Part shown: piece after piece, positions 1 through 12,245 of the stretch | Numbering within the stretch: the stretch's first letter is position 1 | How the letters are laid out: the number at the start of each line of letters is the position of its first letter | Source: Microbotryum violaceum | Lineage: Eukaryota | Direction: 5' to 3' | Assembly (NCBI GenBank): GCA_001244265.2 | Contig: CDLV01000008.1 | Coordinates: 1,240,001 to 1,304,000, forward strand | Length of the DNA stretch: 64,000 bases | Made by a program: the position numbers and the translations under genes | Notes under the pieces: generated by a model | Seen by the model: the letters and a program-made list of their open reading frames with translations, nothing else | Databases searched by the model: none | Told to the model about the DNA's origin: nothing

Positions 1-126
1 AAAGAATCAGAAAAAAGTGAACCGAAAGCCAGCTTTGCCAGTTCATCCACTTTTTGCGATACTTAAAATGTGGTACTGGCCACCCAACAGGCTCCTACGA
101 GTTCCAATCGACCGCCTCCAAGCGAA

Positions 127-248
127 GATATCCATCTTATCTCCTAGGATATCTATCTATCAGATATCTAGGCCTCTATCTAAGATGTCTGACTAAGATG
201 GGAGATAGTTAGATAAGGGCCAGAGCCCAATTTTCTTAAATAGATATC
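127..248. promoter_or_regulatory. Dense cluster of GATA/TATC motifs upstream of the DCG1-like gene
   Basis: More than ten GATA or TATC cores in ~120 bp, including GATAAG at 212-217, CTTATC at 136-141 and four GATATC. They lie ~180-300 bp upstream of ATG 432. Confidence 0.55.
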
Positions 249-431
249 TGGTATTTGCGAGATGGTCTTCCCTAATGCGGAACCCTGGTCACTTGCATGC
301 CCTCAGAAGCTCAGACGGTCATCGTCGGCTGAGTTCTGAACCTGACGATCGCTTCACCCGCTCGTCTCGATCGACACTCTCGGGCTCTTTGGCTCTTTCG
401 CTCTCACCCATCTCGCAGCGCTTCCCTCACC

Positions 432-1351
432 ATGGGTTCCTCCACCCGATTGCCGATCCTGATCGTCAATCCAAACACGACGGAAACGATGACCAAGTCG
501 GTCGAGGCGATGCTCTCTCCTTTGCTCACCTATACCTCGTTCGTAAGTCGGGCGCCGAACCTCCGTCCCCTCCGGTTCTTGGCGATACGCATTTGCGATT
601 GCTAATCCCTTTCGCTTGTCCGTTCCCTCCACTCTACAAATATCGTGACCAAAAGCCCAAACCAACCTATTTCACGTGTCCATATCCTGGTATTGCGTCA
701 ATCAACTCGTCCCACGACTGCCACCAATCAGCCACGATCATTCTCCCCCACCTGATCCCGTTGCTCGCATCGCATTCGGCCGTCTTGATCGCATGCTATT
801 CGCATCACCCGCTCGTGCAGCAACTGTTGCCCTATACTAAAGGCGATAAAGCCGTGCTCGGTATCTTTGAGGCTTCAGTATTGAGTTCGATAGCGAATCT
901 GACGTCGACACTAGGAATCGAAGGCCAGGGCGGACGGGATCGGGACCCACAAGCGGCCATTAAGAGCAAACGAGCTCGATTTGGGATCGTTTCAACGGGC
1001 AAAGGGTGGGAGCTGCTGTTGACACAAGCCGTCGATACCTTCCTGGGTACCTCGGACAATTCGGCCCTTTTCGCCGGCGTCGAAACAACGGGCTTGACCG
1101 CCGTCGAATTGCACGACTCGAGTCCCGAAATCGTCAAGGAACGGACCAAGGATGCGGTGAAGAAATTGTTGAGGAAAGGGGATGTTGGAGCGGTCTGCTT
1201 GGGTTGTGCCGGGTTTGCTGGAATGGATCAGACCGTCCGGGAGGCTGCGGTTGAGGAGTTGGGTGCGGCCGAGGGGGAGAGGGTCAAGATCATCGATGGT
1301 GTCAAGGTCGGGTATTTCATGCTCGAAGGCATGGTCAGGACAGGTCTCTAG
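432..1351 (+). CDS. DCG1: Asp/Glu/hydantoin racemase family protein (Dcg1-like), one intron at about 540-655
   Basis: Exon 1 reads MGSSTRLPILIVNPNTTETMT. Exon 2 has the family motifs GIASINS, LIACYSHHPL, VLGIFEAS and VCLGCAGFAGM...IIDGVK. Confidence 0.85.
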
Positions 1352-1880
1352 TGAGATATGTAGGCCGTCACGTGGGGTGGGGTAAACAGGCTAGAGCCTC
1401 ATTCTAGTTCGAAGTACTTGCGAATCGCAGCCACTTTGTTCTTTGCAGCATTCATATCCTATTCATTCACTTCGACAGCCAGATCTTTACCGACCCTGTC
1501 CTTGCTTGCTTTCATCTTCAGCCGCCTGTGTCTGGCTACTTTGACTCTTTCGGCCGGTTTAGTCCTCGTTGAACGGTTCGACGGTCGATCTTTGTGCGAG
1601 CGCCGTATCTGTCGAAATTCCATCATGGATCCCACCTTGGTTTGACGGCATCACACGATGATAGAGTGGTCTTCGATGCGTGTCACGATGGCGCCAAAGG
1701 CTGACGACAATGGATCGAGGTCGGTCTGGCCCGTCCTACGATAAGGCGCGGCGTGTCGCCGCCCTTCCATGGAAGTTGAAGCATTCGGGCGCTAGGATGA
1801 TGCGGGGCACGACGACGCGTCATGCTCGTGCGTGAACGTGTCTTGAGAGTTGATATGATGACGAGGCGGGCCATATCCGT

Positions 1881-2276
1881 TCAAGATCGCCTTGTGGATG
1901 TAGTATCGTCCGCTCCAGACCCGGTTTCGCTCCCTGCCGACGAGGACGAGCCATGCAGCAACCAATCCATGGCACCGCGGAGTGCCTTTTCGCCCGCTAG
2001 AATGAGGGTGCCGCCGATGACAAATGCGCCCATACCCCCCAGGGTGTAGACGACGGTGGTGGTGATGGCGTGCAGCGTCGGCTTGGGCGACCACAGCGAC
2101 GACGGCGACGAGGCGGACGACGGCAGTGCGGGCAGCGCGAGCAGCGTCGCGACGAGCACCAGCAACGGCAGATCGCGGACGAGCGAGCGGGAGCTGTTGC
2201 TGCAGGAGGACGGCTTGTCGTCGGAGGGCATGTTGTCGATGTTGTATTTTATCGCCTCGGGATGGATGGGAGCCAA
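1881..2276 (-). CDS. Hypothetical small membrane protein with two hydrophobic segments
   Basis: 131-aa ORF with GC-rich codons and two hydrophobic stretches. It aligns by eye with the ORF at 8971-9588. Confidence 0.55.
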   Translation of the reverse strand: MAPIHPEAIKYNIDNMPSDDKPSSCSNSSRSLVRDLPLLVLVATLLALPALPSSASSPSSLWSPKPTLHAITTTVVYTLGGMGAFVIGGTLILAGEKALRGAMDWLLHGSSSSAGSETGSGADDTTSTRRS

Positions 2277-2370
2277 GAGCGGGTCTCGACACCTGGGTTG
2301 ACGCGCCTCGAATTGCAGTTTGCAAGGTTCTGCAAGTTCCGCGTGATGGCGATCTGGTAAGCCAATCGTA

Positions 2371-2440
2371 GCTGGGCTCGGCTGGGCTCGGCTGGGCTCG
2401 GCTGGGACTAGCTGGGACTGGCTGGGAGCGCTGGGAGCCG
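2371..2440. repeat. 10-bp tandem repeat GCTGGGCTCG (3 perfect and ~4 degenerate copies)
   Basis: Directly visible, in the divergent intergenic region upstream of the CDK gene. Confidence 0.9.
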
Positions 2441-2803
2441 GCAGAGCTGCAGAGGCCGGCAGCTCGCTCTAGTGCCGCTCTCGCTGTACGTTGCGCTTAC
2501 GGGGTCTCTCAGCTGCCGCACAAGGTCTCGTCACAGCGACGACAACGACCACCACCCTCTTTCAATCGACTCGTTCTAGTTTCTCAGCTTGGCTCGCTCT
2601 GCCTCTCACATTCCTTCTTTCTTCCTGAACCGCCTATAGCTCGCGATCGTCGCCGACTCGCGTGCCATTCGCCGCCAGCAGCCAGCAGCAGCAGTCGCCA
2701 GCTCGGGTCGCGCCGACCCTCAATTTGCCTTTGCGACGCGCCGGAACCGAGTCGACTCCATCTCTCCCGCACGATCGCCTTGAAGTCGCAGTTTGATCAC
2801 ACC

Positions 2804-4821
2804 ATGGAAGCCTACCACGACTTGGGCAAGATCGGAGAGGGCAAGTCTCGTGATCCAAGCTATGCTCAGTACCCCCGTGCACCCCCTGCTTCGCGCGTCG
2901 TGGCTGTCGTCGATTGATGTCGTCACACGAGCGAGGCGTCTCTCCAACTCCTCGGTCGCGCCCCCTATTCCACGCTACGCTCTCAGGATCTGCTATCGTC
3001 TTCGCACCATCGGGCCAGATGAGCTCACCGTAAAAAAAAAACTGTTTTTGAATAGGAACCTATGGAACCGTCTACAAGTGCATTCATGTCAGTTCAATTC
3101 CCTTCTATCCTCTGGTCGATCAGATCGGGGTCCTCGCGACGCGCCTCATCGAGTCGCAAAGGATAGATCCGATTCCAAAATTGAGCATCGGTGAACGCGG
3201 CGGCCCTAGGAATGAACCAAAGATTGCATTGCTGATACTGTATAATGTATGTCCACTGATACAGCCCACGACGAAGCAAGTCGTCGCGATGAAAAAGATT
3301 CGACTCGAAGACGACGACGAAGGCGTTCCTTCGACCGCGCTCAGAGAAGTCTCGGTCCTGATGGAACTCGGCCAATCCGATGGACCGGGCCACGACAATG
3401 TCGTCAAGCTGCTCGACGTCATCCACAATGACTCGTGCCTGTGCCTCGTCTTTGAGTTCTTGGACCTCGATCTCAAAAAGTTCATGGACAACGCGTCGCA
3501 GGCCGCAGATCTGGCCATGTATAAAGCGGCCGGTCACGGTGGCAACGGCGTGGGAATCAGTCTCGAGGCTACGGGGTCCTTTCGGGGCAAAGCGAGAGCC
3601 AGGAGAGGTTTGCCGCCTGATTTAGTCAAGGCCAGTGAACGGAAGTATGTCTTCGCAACAGCAGACCCGGTCTGATGACAAAACTTCTTCCCCCTTCCAG
3701 AAATTGATGACCCAACTGCTCCTCGGACTTTCGCATCTGCACTCGAGGAGGATTCTGCATCGAGATCTGAAACCACAAAATCTGTTGATCGACAAAGCTG
3801 GCAATCTCAAGGTTTGTTCTGCGCTTTTTTGCGCGCCTCTCGGTCAAATACGTCGAACGCTGACCGTTTTCTTCCCTTCGCCTTCGGCTCGACAGATCGC
3901 CGATTTTGGCCTGGCTCGAGCGTTCGGTATCCCATTGAGGACATATACACACGAGGTACGATACCAGTAACTTTTGACCTTGGTCACGCGAGGGCTGACG
4001 AGTGACGTCCTGCGTTTTGATTATAGATTGTAACGCTGTGGTACCGACCACCATGTGTCCTCCTCGGCGGTCGACGATATACGACAGCAGTGAGTCTTTG
4101 CGAAAGTGGCTATGCGAGCGAGAGACAAGGACTGATAGCCTACTTCGTTGCAAACTAACAGGTTGACGTCTGGAGTGTGGGGACAATTTTTGCCGAGATG
4201 CTGGTACGTTTTGTTTCCCCCAAGCAGCCGCGTGATTGTCAGAACACTTAACACGCTCTGCGCCACTTTTCGTATCCAGAGCGGCATGCCACTTGTCCCT
4301 GGAGATTCCGAGATTGATCAGATATTCAAGATCTTCCGGCAAGTGCTATGTCAGTTCCTATGAGTTGTTTCTGCCCATACTCACTTCTTGGCCTGCCTGC
4401 CCACAGATTACTCGGCACGCCAACAGCCGAAGTCTGGCCCGGTCTTGCGACGATGCCCGACTTTAAACCGACTTTCCCACGCTGGCGACCGCAGGATCTT
4501 CGCGAAGTTCTTCCCGAAATGGACCACACTTCGTTGCATCTCCTCTCCGGGATGCTGACCTACGACCCAGTCCGAAGAATCTCTGCCAAAAGCAGTCTCC
4601 TCCATCCTTACTTCACCAAGACTGGATCGGCCTTCTCTGATTCTCCACTGGCGACTGGAGTCAACGAGGGAGCATTAGGATTGGGTGCCGTCTTTGGTGG
4701 TTCAAACTCGAATGCTTTCTTGTGCGCTTCTTCGGCCGGGGCCACGAGTGGGTCCGGAGGAAGGGGAGAGGGGAGGAACGCTCCTATCATCGAGACATTG
4801 ATGGCTTCGCCGATCAATTGA
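2804..4821 (+). CDS. CDK1: Cyclin-dependent kinase, CDK1/Cdc2-like but divergent; 9 exons
   Basis: Motifs [49 protein letters not shown] and LGTP. Introns: 2841-3055 (GC), 3088-3264, 3631-3700 (GC), 3812-3895, 3956-4026, 4090-4161, 4204-4279 and 4339-4406 (GC). Confidence 0.88.
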
Positions 4822-5392
4822 GTAGAGCTTCAGACAAGGCTTGGAGTCACCCTCCACGCGCACTTTTCATTCTTTCTCGTGTTCACACTCCTCTCCCAGC
4901 GCTAGCTTTTAGATCCAAAGACGGGCACATTTCCTATGATGCCCTCATTCGTCCTGTAGAGCCGTCGTTTGCTCATCTCGTCCTCGGCAATCTCGGCAAT
5001 TGTCTCGGCAATTGTCTCGTCACTTCTTTCCTTCACCACCACTACCATCATGTAGTTTAGTTGTTTTTGTAGAACCCGTGTATTCGTTTTGGACTGTTTT
5101 GAGACGGATAGGAAGGCCTGGCGTTTTCCTCTACTGCGCGCAGTCATCGATGCATTCCTTCGTTTTTACACCGTTATTCTCTCTCTCGGGAATCCATCGA
5201 ACCATCAGTTGAGATGCTCTGCGTAGACTCCGTCAAGTGGCGATGAGACATTTCTATAGGGCAATTCTGTTGCAGGGGCAAAATCTAGTGGATAAGAACC
5301 TCGTGGGTCTCCTCTATGGAAAAGCGTGGGGAGCAACAAGACAGGGAGAATAAGACCAGCTGGTAGGGCACTCCATCGCTGATTAGAGTCAT

Positions 5393-7529
5393 TTAGAAGT
5401 CCTTGACGACCTTGTCCCCCTTTCCTTTGACGGTGAGCTTGCCCTTACCGCCGACGAAGACCTCGACGACAACCTTGACCATCTTCCCATTCTCGGTATC
5501 AACGGTGACGTCGGCCAAAGCCGAAGTCTTCTCGGCGACTAATTCGCTCTTATCCTCATCCTCGTCATCGTCATCCTCGTCCTCATCCTCATCAGCGGCC
5601 TTCTTGGAGCCGAACCATCCGCCTCCTGAAGCCTTCTTAGCGGGTTTGGGTGTAGGCGCGACGGTGACGACTTTTTGCTCTCCTTCCCAAAGCGAAACCA
5701 AGACGCTCAACGTTGACTTGGCAACAGGTAGTTCGAACGTACGCCTCAAAGGTAGCGGCGTCTTGGCCTTGACCAAGACGTGAAACGCGTCATCGACGAC
5801 GAGTCCGATGGGTTTTGTCAAGAGCGTTGGCTCGACGATGGTCGATTCATTCAACGCTCGGGTGAGGGCTTGTGCGACTGTGGAGTCGAGCAAAGCCTGA
5901 CCTTGCAATGCCGCTCCCTTGGCGACAACTTCGTCGGGGTCCAATTGCGACGAGATGAGGAGCGTCTCTTGCGTGAAGAGGTTGTACAGCTTGTCCGAAA
6001 GGGACGGGAGGCGCGTCGAGCCACCGACGAGGATGACCTCGTCGATTTCGAGCGTGTTCAACTTGGCCGACCCCAAAGCCTTGGCGACGGCGTCGTTGAC
6101 GCGCGAGTAGACGGACGCGGACAAGAGGTCGAAGCGCATGCGGTTGATCGAGCCGTGGAAATCTAGGCCTTCGGCTAGGGATTCGACGGAGCAAGGGGCC
6201 GAGTTGGATGCGGACAGGGACTTCTTGGTCACCTCGACGGCCAAACGCAGCTTCATCAGCGCGCGGTGGTTCGACGCCTCGATTGGGGTCTTGGTTTTCT
6301 TTGTGAACTCCTTGGAGAACCATTCGATCAGCTTGTCGTCGAACAGGTCACCGCCGAGCTTGGCCTCGGTGTGCGAGGACAAGGGGACGAAGAGACCTTG
6401 TCGCACGGCGACGACGGAGACGGTAGTCGAGGTCGCGCCGACATCGAGAACGACCGAGTTGCGGTCAACGGGAGGGACCTTGTCGGCCTCCTTGAGCTCG
6501 GTGGCCTGGTAGGCGACAAGAGCGGCGGCGGCCGAGTCGAGGGTCTGCACAACGGTGATCTTGGCCTCCTCGGCGGCCTGGACAAGCGCCTTGGTTTGAG
6601 CCGGGGTGAAATCCGTAGGAACGGCCACGACGGCCGAGGTGACGGGGCGACCCAAAAAGTCGCTCGCGTACGAGAGCAGCACCTTGAGGAAGCGGACGCA
6701 GCACTCGTGCGCGGTCAGAGTCGTCGGGGTGTCGTTGATGGAAACGGTGAAGGCGGGTTGGCCGTTCCAGTCGACGATCTTGGACGAGTTGTAAGGTTGC
6801 TTTGTATCCTTGACCTCGTCGTAGCTGTAGGTGCCGAGTAGAGGAGTCGGGGGGGAGGGGGAGAGAGAAAGTTCAGTGTTGGAGGAAGCACTCGGGAGAA
6901 CAGCGTCGAGGGGAAACTGACGTCTTGCCGAGCAAATTCCTGAACCCGAGGATGGTGTTGGGTGCGTTTCGGACGAGTTGGATGCGTGCGGGAACACCCG
7001 TGTACTGTTGACAAACAAAGAGGCAAAGATGTGAGTCGACGGCAAGAGCATCCGACAAGTGCGCTGGCCGGTACCGACCTCTTCGGTTTCATGGAAAGAG
7101 AGCGCACTGGCGATTTGACGTTCACCGTCGTCGTTGGCGATGCAATCCGCGATTGCTTCCTATAAAATTCGAGGCAATGCACCGAGAATGCACCGAGATC
7201 AGCTCCGCGACGCTGCTGGGACGGCCAGAGGATCGTCTGAGAATCCGAACGGCAAGCCTTGCGTAGCTGAGCGCTCGAACTGACCTTGTTGATGACGGCG
7301 ATCGACGAGAAGGATTGGCCAAAGTTGATACCGACCACGGCTGGTGCTCTGAGCGCAGGAAAGGACAAAGAATCAGTCCAAGTTGCAGCGTTGAGACAGA
7401 GGGTCCCCAGGGAACGTATGCCTCTACGTACGCCTTTACGGGTTCAGCACGGGGAGCCGGGGTCGAGGCACCAGAGGCGACTCGGCTGGGCTGCTTGCTC
7501 GAGCCCTTTTGTCCCTTCTTGGGTGCCAT
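5393..7529 (-). CDS. SSZ1: Atypical Hsp70, ribosome-associated complex subunit Ssz1
   Basis: VVGINFGQSFSSIAVINK replaces the canonical GIDLG motif. Also LGGDLFD and VILVGGSTRLP, with a short C-terminal domain. Several 5' introns. Confidence 0.85.
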
Positions 7530-8114
7530 GTTGTGTGAGTTGGAGCTGCGGAGTTGGCGAAGAGGGTAATATGTGGATGGGCAGAAGCGTAGGCTTGAAA
7601 GCTAGAGAGAGATATGAGCCCCTCGCGCGAGAACGGAGGCAGACGGAGGCGAGCGCGGGCAGGAAAGTGAGTGGCAAGAATGGCCTTCGCAAGCGCGAAT
7701 GCGGACACAGATCAGCGAAGATTAGCGATCGGCAGTCGCTCAATTACTAATGCGCCATCGGGCATAATACTAGCTGCAGCTCCACCCTCCCGGCACGTCT
7801 GCCTGAGCTTGATTCACCACACCAACCCTACTCAACGCCTAGCCCGACACACGTCTGTCGAATTGCGGCACGGCACTGCACTGCACTAGCTCATCGCACC
7901 TCGCATCCCTCTACGACCGCATTCCAGCTCCGTCTCGGCGTCCGATCTGCAGCTGCTCCAGGCGTGGTCGTCGTCATCCACGAGTCCATCCTCACGCGAC
8001 ACACCATCTGAGAAGAGAATCTGAGAGAGCCGACGCCGCCCGGTGTTGACCGCACAGCCCGAGATCGAGACCGAGACCGAGACCGAGACCACGACCTTTC
8101 ATACCCCACAAAGC

Positions 8115-8618
8115 ATGCCAGGACAGTACACCCCCTCCCCACCGCCGTCGACCGAACCGCTCGATCCCCACACCTGGGAACCGCTCAAGCCGACTGCACC
8201 GGTCCCGGAATCGTCGTGGCAGCGCTTTATCAAGAAATTCAGGGAGGAACCTCTTGTACCCGTTGGTCAGTGGTGCTGTGCTATCGCTGGGGGTGTGCTC
8301 TCAAGCTGACGGACCTCTTTCTCTCCAAAGGCATCTTTGCAACCGTCATCGCACTGGGTGGAGCGACCTCGGCGCTGCAGAAGGGGAATCGAACCCAGTT
8401 CAACAAGTGGTTACGGTATCGCGTCGCAGCCCAAGGCTTGACCGTCGTCGCTGCTCTCGGTGCGTTCTCAAAGTCTCTCGAGAGGATAACGTTCCGCGCG
8501 ATCTGATTGTCGGCATGCTTCTCATCGAACAGGTGGCTCCGTCTACTACCAACGAGAACGGAGGCTCAAGAAGGAGGCCGAGCGAGTCGCACAGATCGAG
8601 GCGCAGAGGCTCGTCTAA
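8115..8618 (+). CDS. RCF1: Respiratory supercomplex factor 1 (HIG1 domain), 3 exons
   Basis: KKFREEPLVPVG|IFATVIALGGA...NKWLRYRVAAQGLTVVAALG|GSVYY, with GT-AG introns that keep the frame. Confidence 0.85.
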
Positions 8619-8970
8619 GCCGGGGTGTTGGCTGGCAGACATTGAGCCCCTCACTGCGCTGTCACATGATACATATCCGGAGTCGTTGTAGGTTAATGTA
8701 GTCGGGCCTGTTCTCTGATGTGATGGTACGGCAGCAACTTTCGAGGTAACCATATCAATGTAATGTCCTATCCGAGCTCGTCCTTGGCTTCAGACTTGTT
8801 GTCGATGGTGTAAAGTAGCCAACCTGTCGCATGTCGGTGATCTCATGGGCGTCAAGATCGCTCTGCTGAACCGCACATGGATGAGAAAGAGGTCACAAAG
8901 AATCAGCCACCCCTCCGCGACCCTACTCTCGATCGACTCATTTTTTGCCCCGAACTCACCCCCACCAATT

Positions 8971-9588
8971 CTAATCACGCGTCGTCGGTCCATTTCCCGT
9001 TTGAAGCGGGGGCGGAGGAGGTGGCATCCTTCTCCTGATGTTAAGGTCTTCATTTTTCGTCGCAGTCGTGGTGGTGTCGACGCCCCCACTCAGATCGGTC
9101 ATTTCCACTTCCTCCACCGAGCACGGTCGCTGACTTGCCCTCGTTCGCTTCCCCTTGAGTGCATCGACGACGTGTTCGACCTTTCGTTCGTACCTCTCCT
9201 CCCTCGTGACCCTCCTCAGCCTCCTCCTCTCCTTTTCCCCATCGTCCGCTCCAAGTTGGCCAATCAATTCGCTGCCTTCCGCTCCTCCTCCCCCACTTCC
9301 ACTTCCCCTTCCCCCTCCCGCCCCTGCCTTCTTCCTCCCTCTCCTTACCCACATCCGATGCCCCATCTCCCCTCCCAAAACGCACAAAAACAAGCCCAGG
9401 CCGGCTCCAAACAACCCCAACCACCAAAGCACCGAAGCGAACGTCTCCCTCATCCATTCGACGATGATGGAGCCCAGGCCCAGGTGGGGACGGGACGACG
9501 TGGAGCTGTAGAGGACTATAGGCAGGGTGAAGAGGGTGAGGAGGAAGAGCAGGATGAGAGCGTCGTGGCTGAAGGAATGGGGGCTCAT
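8971..9588 (-). CDS. Hypothetical membrane protein with two hydrophobic segments and a charged tail
   Basis: ATG at 9588 (MSPHSFSHDALILLFLLTLFTLP...). Open to 8971. Similar to 1881-2276. Confidence 0.6.
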   Translation of the reverse strand: MSPHSFSHDALILLFLLTLFTLPIVLYSSTSSRPHLGLGSIIVEWMRETFASVLWWLGLFGAGLGLFLCVLGGEMGHRMWVRRGRKKAGAGGGRGSGSGGGGAEGSELIGQLGADDGEKERRRLRRVTREERYERKVEHVVDALKGKRTRASQRPCSVEEVEMTDLSGGVDTTTTATKNEDLNIRRRMPPPPPPLQTGNGPTTRD

Positions 9589-9820
9589 GATGCGGCTGGG
9601 GTTGGTAGATGTGGGGGCAAGGAGCCCAAGAGCGCTGCGATGGAATCGAGCCTCGTCATTTCCGACCCCGCCAACGTGACTTGAGCCTCTGTTAGCTCTG
9701 TTCCGCCGCGCGCGCATCAGGATTTTTCACGCTTTGTAATGGATCTTTGGGCACAGTCGTTACTCATGACACGGCACTATTTCTCGATCGCAGAGCTTCT
9801 GCTCAAGGTGATGACCGTCT

Positions 9821-12245
9821 CTAAAATTCGTCCATGTCCCCACCTGCTCCAAAGTCATCGTCCTCATCGGCGTTCTCAATCTCCTTGGCCTGGAGCAATT
9901 TAAGTGAAGTCGCGAGTCAGATCGATAATGGCGTACTTCTGTAGACGGATAAGAGCTGACCAATTCACGCTCCCTCTCTCGTGCTTCACCGGCGGAAGCC
10001 AAATCTTTGGAGTGCGCGTTCAAAGGGTACCTCATCGCCTGCTCGCCGACACAGCACGAGAAAGGTCAGCTTTCTCCAGTCGCAAACAGACCAACACATG
10101 ACCGAGCGACGAACCTTGACGGATTGGTGGTGCAAGTCCAACAAGAACTTGATCCTCGTATCGAACGCCAACTGCGGCTCGTTCGTCGCGTACACGTCCC
10201 CCGTCTCCCGACTCTGCATGTAACCCTTCTCATGATCGATCGTCGCATCAATGACGCCGTCGCGAATCGCCTTGGCGATGATGTACTCGGCGTCCTCCTC
10301 CGAGTCGAGATGCAGCTTCTTGGACACGTCGGCGAGCGAGATGCGCGAGTACGCGAGCGACAAGGTGCGCAGCGCAGTCTTGATGACGTTGTGGCGCAGG
10401 CGTACGATGAGCGATTGCGTCGAGTCGGAGGAGAAGGTCTTGGCGTGCGTCACCAGGGCCGTGTTGAACTTGGTCAGGTCTCCCACTCGGACGGCTGATT
10501 CGACGAGGAGAGGCGGAAAAGCGAAATCAGCACGGGTAAATGAGAGTTCAGTCGTGTGAACGACTCACCCTGAACAATCTCCAAATAGGGCACCAGCGCC
10601 TTCTTGAGCACCGATTCTCGAAAGATGCTTCGTTCGGGGATCTCACCCATCAACAACTCAACGACGATCGAAAGCTTGTGCGCGGTCTGCAAGAAGCCCG
10701 GCGCGGTCTTGGCGTCGGGGGCTCGACGGATCGCCTGCTGCAAACTCGTGTGGGCCTCGGTGTAGTTGAGCTGGATCGCTCGGATTCGGCCTTTACGCAC
10801 GGGATCGACTGTCAGCTTCTGACGGTATGCGTGCCTTTGTTCAACGAGGTCACTCACCGACGTAATAGTACCATCGTGCAAGTTGAGCGTTCCCAGCCGT
10901 GTCGGCGGGAAAGGTCGTTTTGCTGACGAGACGATCGGCCTGGTCGTAGAGGTGGTGTTCGAGGTAGTTGCGCAACAAGAGCGGCAACAGCGTCGCCTGG
11001 AGATCATCGTCGTGGCGCAGAGCGGCAGTTCGTTGAGCCGCGAGGAGTTTTCTGTACAGCAAAGGATACGATTAGTTTGGGCGATCATGAGTCCGCTTCA
11101 CACCATGCACGTACGTGCGAAGAGGAGCAGTATCGTCTCCCGACAGCTCGTGCAGGCGGACCCAGTAGAAATAGATCTTGCTCGATAGTTGGTCCATTGT
11201 TCGACGGTTGAGGCTTGTAACCTGCTCGAGAAGTGAGCTGGCGAGCTCTTTGCCCTGATGTCGAGCAACCAGATCGAGTTAGCGGAGTTGCGCAAGAGAT
11301 GCTCTGGACGGCTTCTCTCACCTTGCGATAATCGCCACTGTCGATCAAACGAAGCAGGACCAAGAGCGCGACGTAGACATCGCCCTCGGGCACGTTGGAA
11401 GCGACTACTTTGGATTCGTCAGGCTTCTCCTTCCTGGTCGGCTTGGTCGTCGCTGTCAAAGCGGGTTGGGTCGCGTCGGCGAGGGCATTGAGGGTCGAGC
11501 TTGCGGACGAGACGCGGTCGTGGGAGAGGCCGAGCAGCTTGGAGCTCTTTTCAACGATCGATTCGACGACATGAGAAGCGGTCGATAATGCGTCTGGGGT
11601 CGCTGCTGCGTCGCCATCGACGTCCATCCCTGTCGGCTTGGACGAGGACGAGGAAGGGTTGCCAAGAAACTCGATCAACTCGGTCTTGCGCGGCGAGTCT
11701 GGGCGCATCGAGAACAAGGGTGAGGCGTGAGCAGGCTGAAGTGAGCTCATCGAGGGAATACACCTACCCGAGGAGTAGATGTTGGTGTTGCGGATGACGT
11801 CGGCGAGGTGGGCTCCATCTGGACCCAGCTTCTTGCGCAAGGCAGGCAACGATCTCAGTGCGCGGTTCGTGAAGCGCGGTTCGAGCAATGACACGGCCTT
11901 GGAGATCAACGCCAGGTTGTGCTTGACGTCTGCAGGAGGACGGCCGGCGGGGTCAGTCAGGAATCCGCAGGATCATGCGCTGCATGAGGCGTGGTCGGAT
12001 TAACGATGACGAAGCGCGCGCCAGGCCAGGGTCCGTCGGGGTCGATCGGTCGATCGTCGCACGTCGAGTAACTCTGTAAGACAGAGTACACTCGAGAGCG
12101 GGAGCACTCGTGCGCACTTACTGAATTCCAACAGGGTGTAGTCATCGACGACGGGTGCGGCCGCCTTGTCTTTGTCCGGGGCCGTGGTCGAGGTCGGAGC
12201 GCTGTCGACGGCCATCGACTCGGTCGGCTTGTTGTCGATCGACAT
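9821..12245 (-). CDS. RPN3: 26S proteasome regulatory lid subunit Rpn3/PSMD3
   Basis: Motifs [55 protein letters not shown] and AMRYP. Multi-exon, ending [22 protein letters not shown]. Confidence 0.93.

Noticed and set aside
275-431. 5' extension of the first ORF in the ORF track
   Set aside because: The real start appears to be ATG 432 in another frame (family-typical NPN motif). The tracked ORF reads through UTR and intron.
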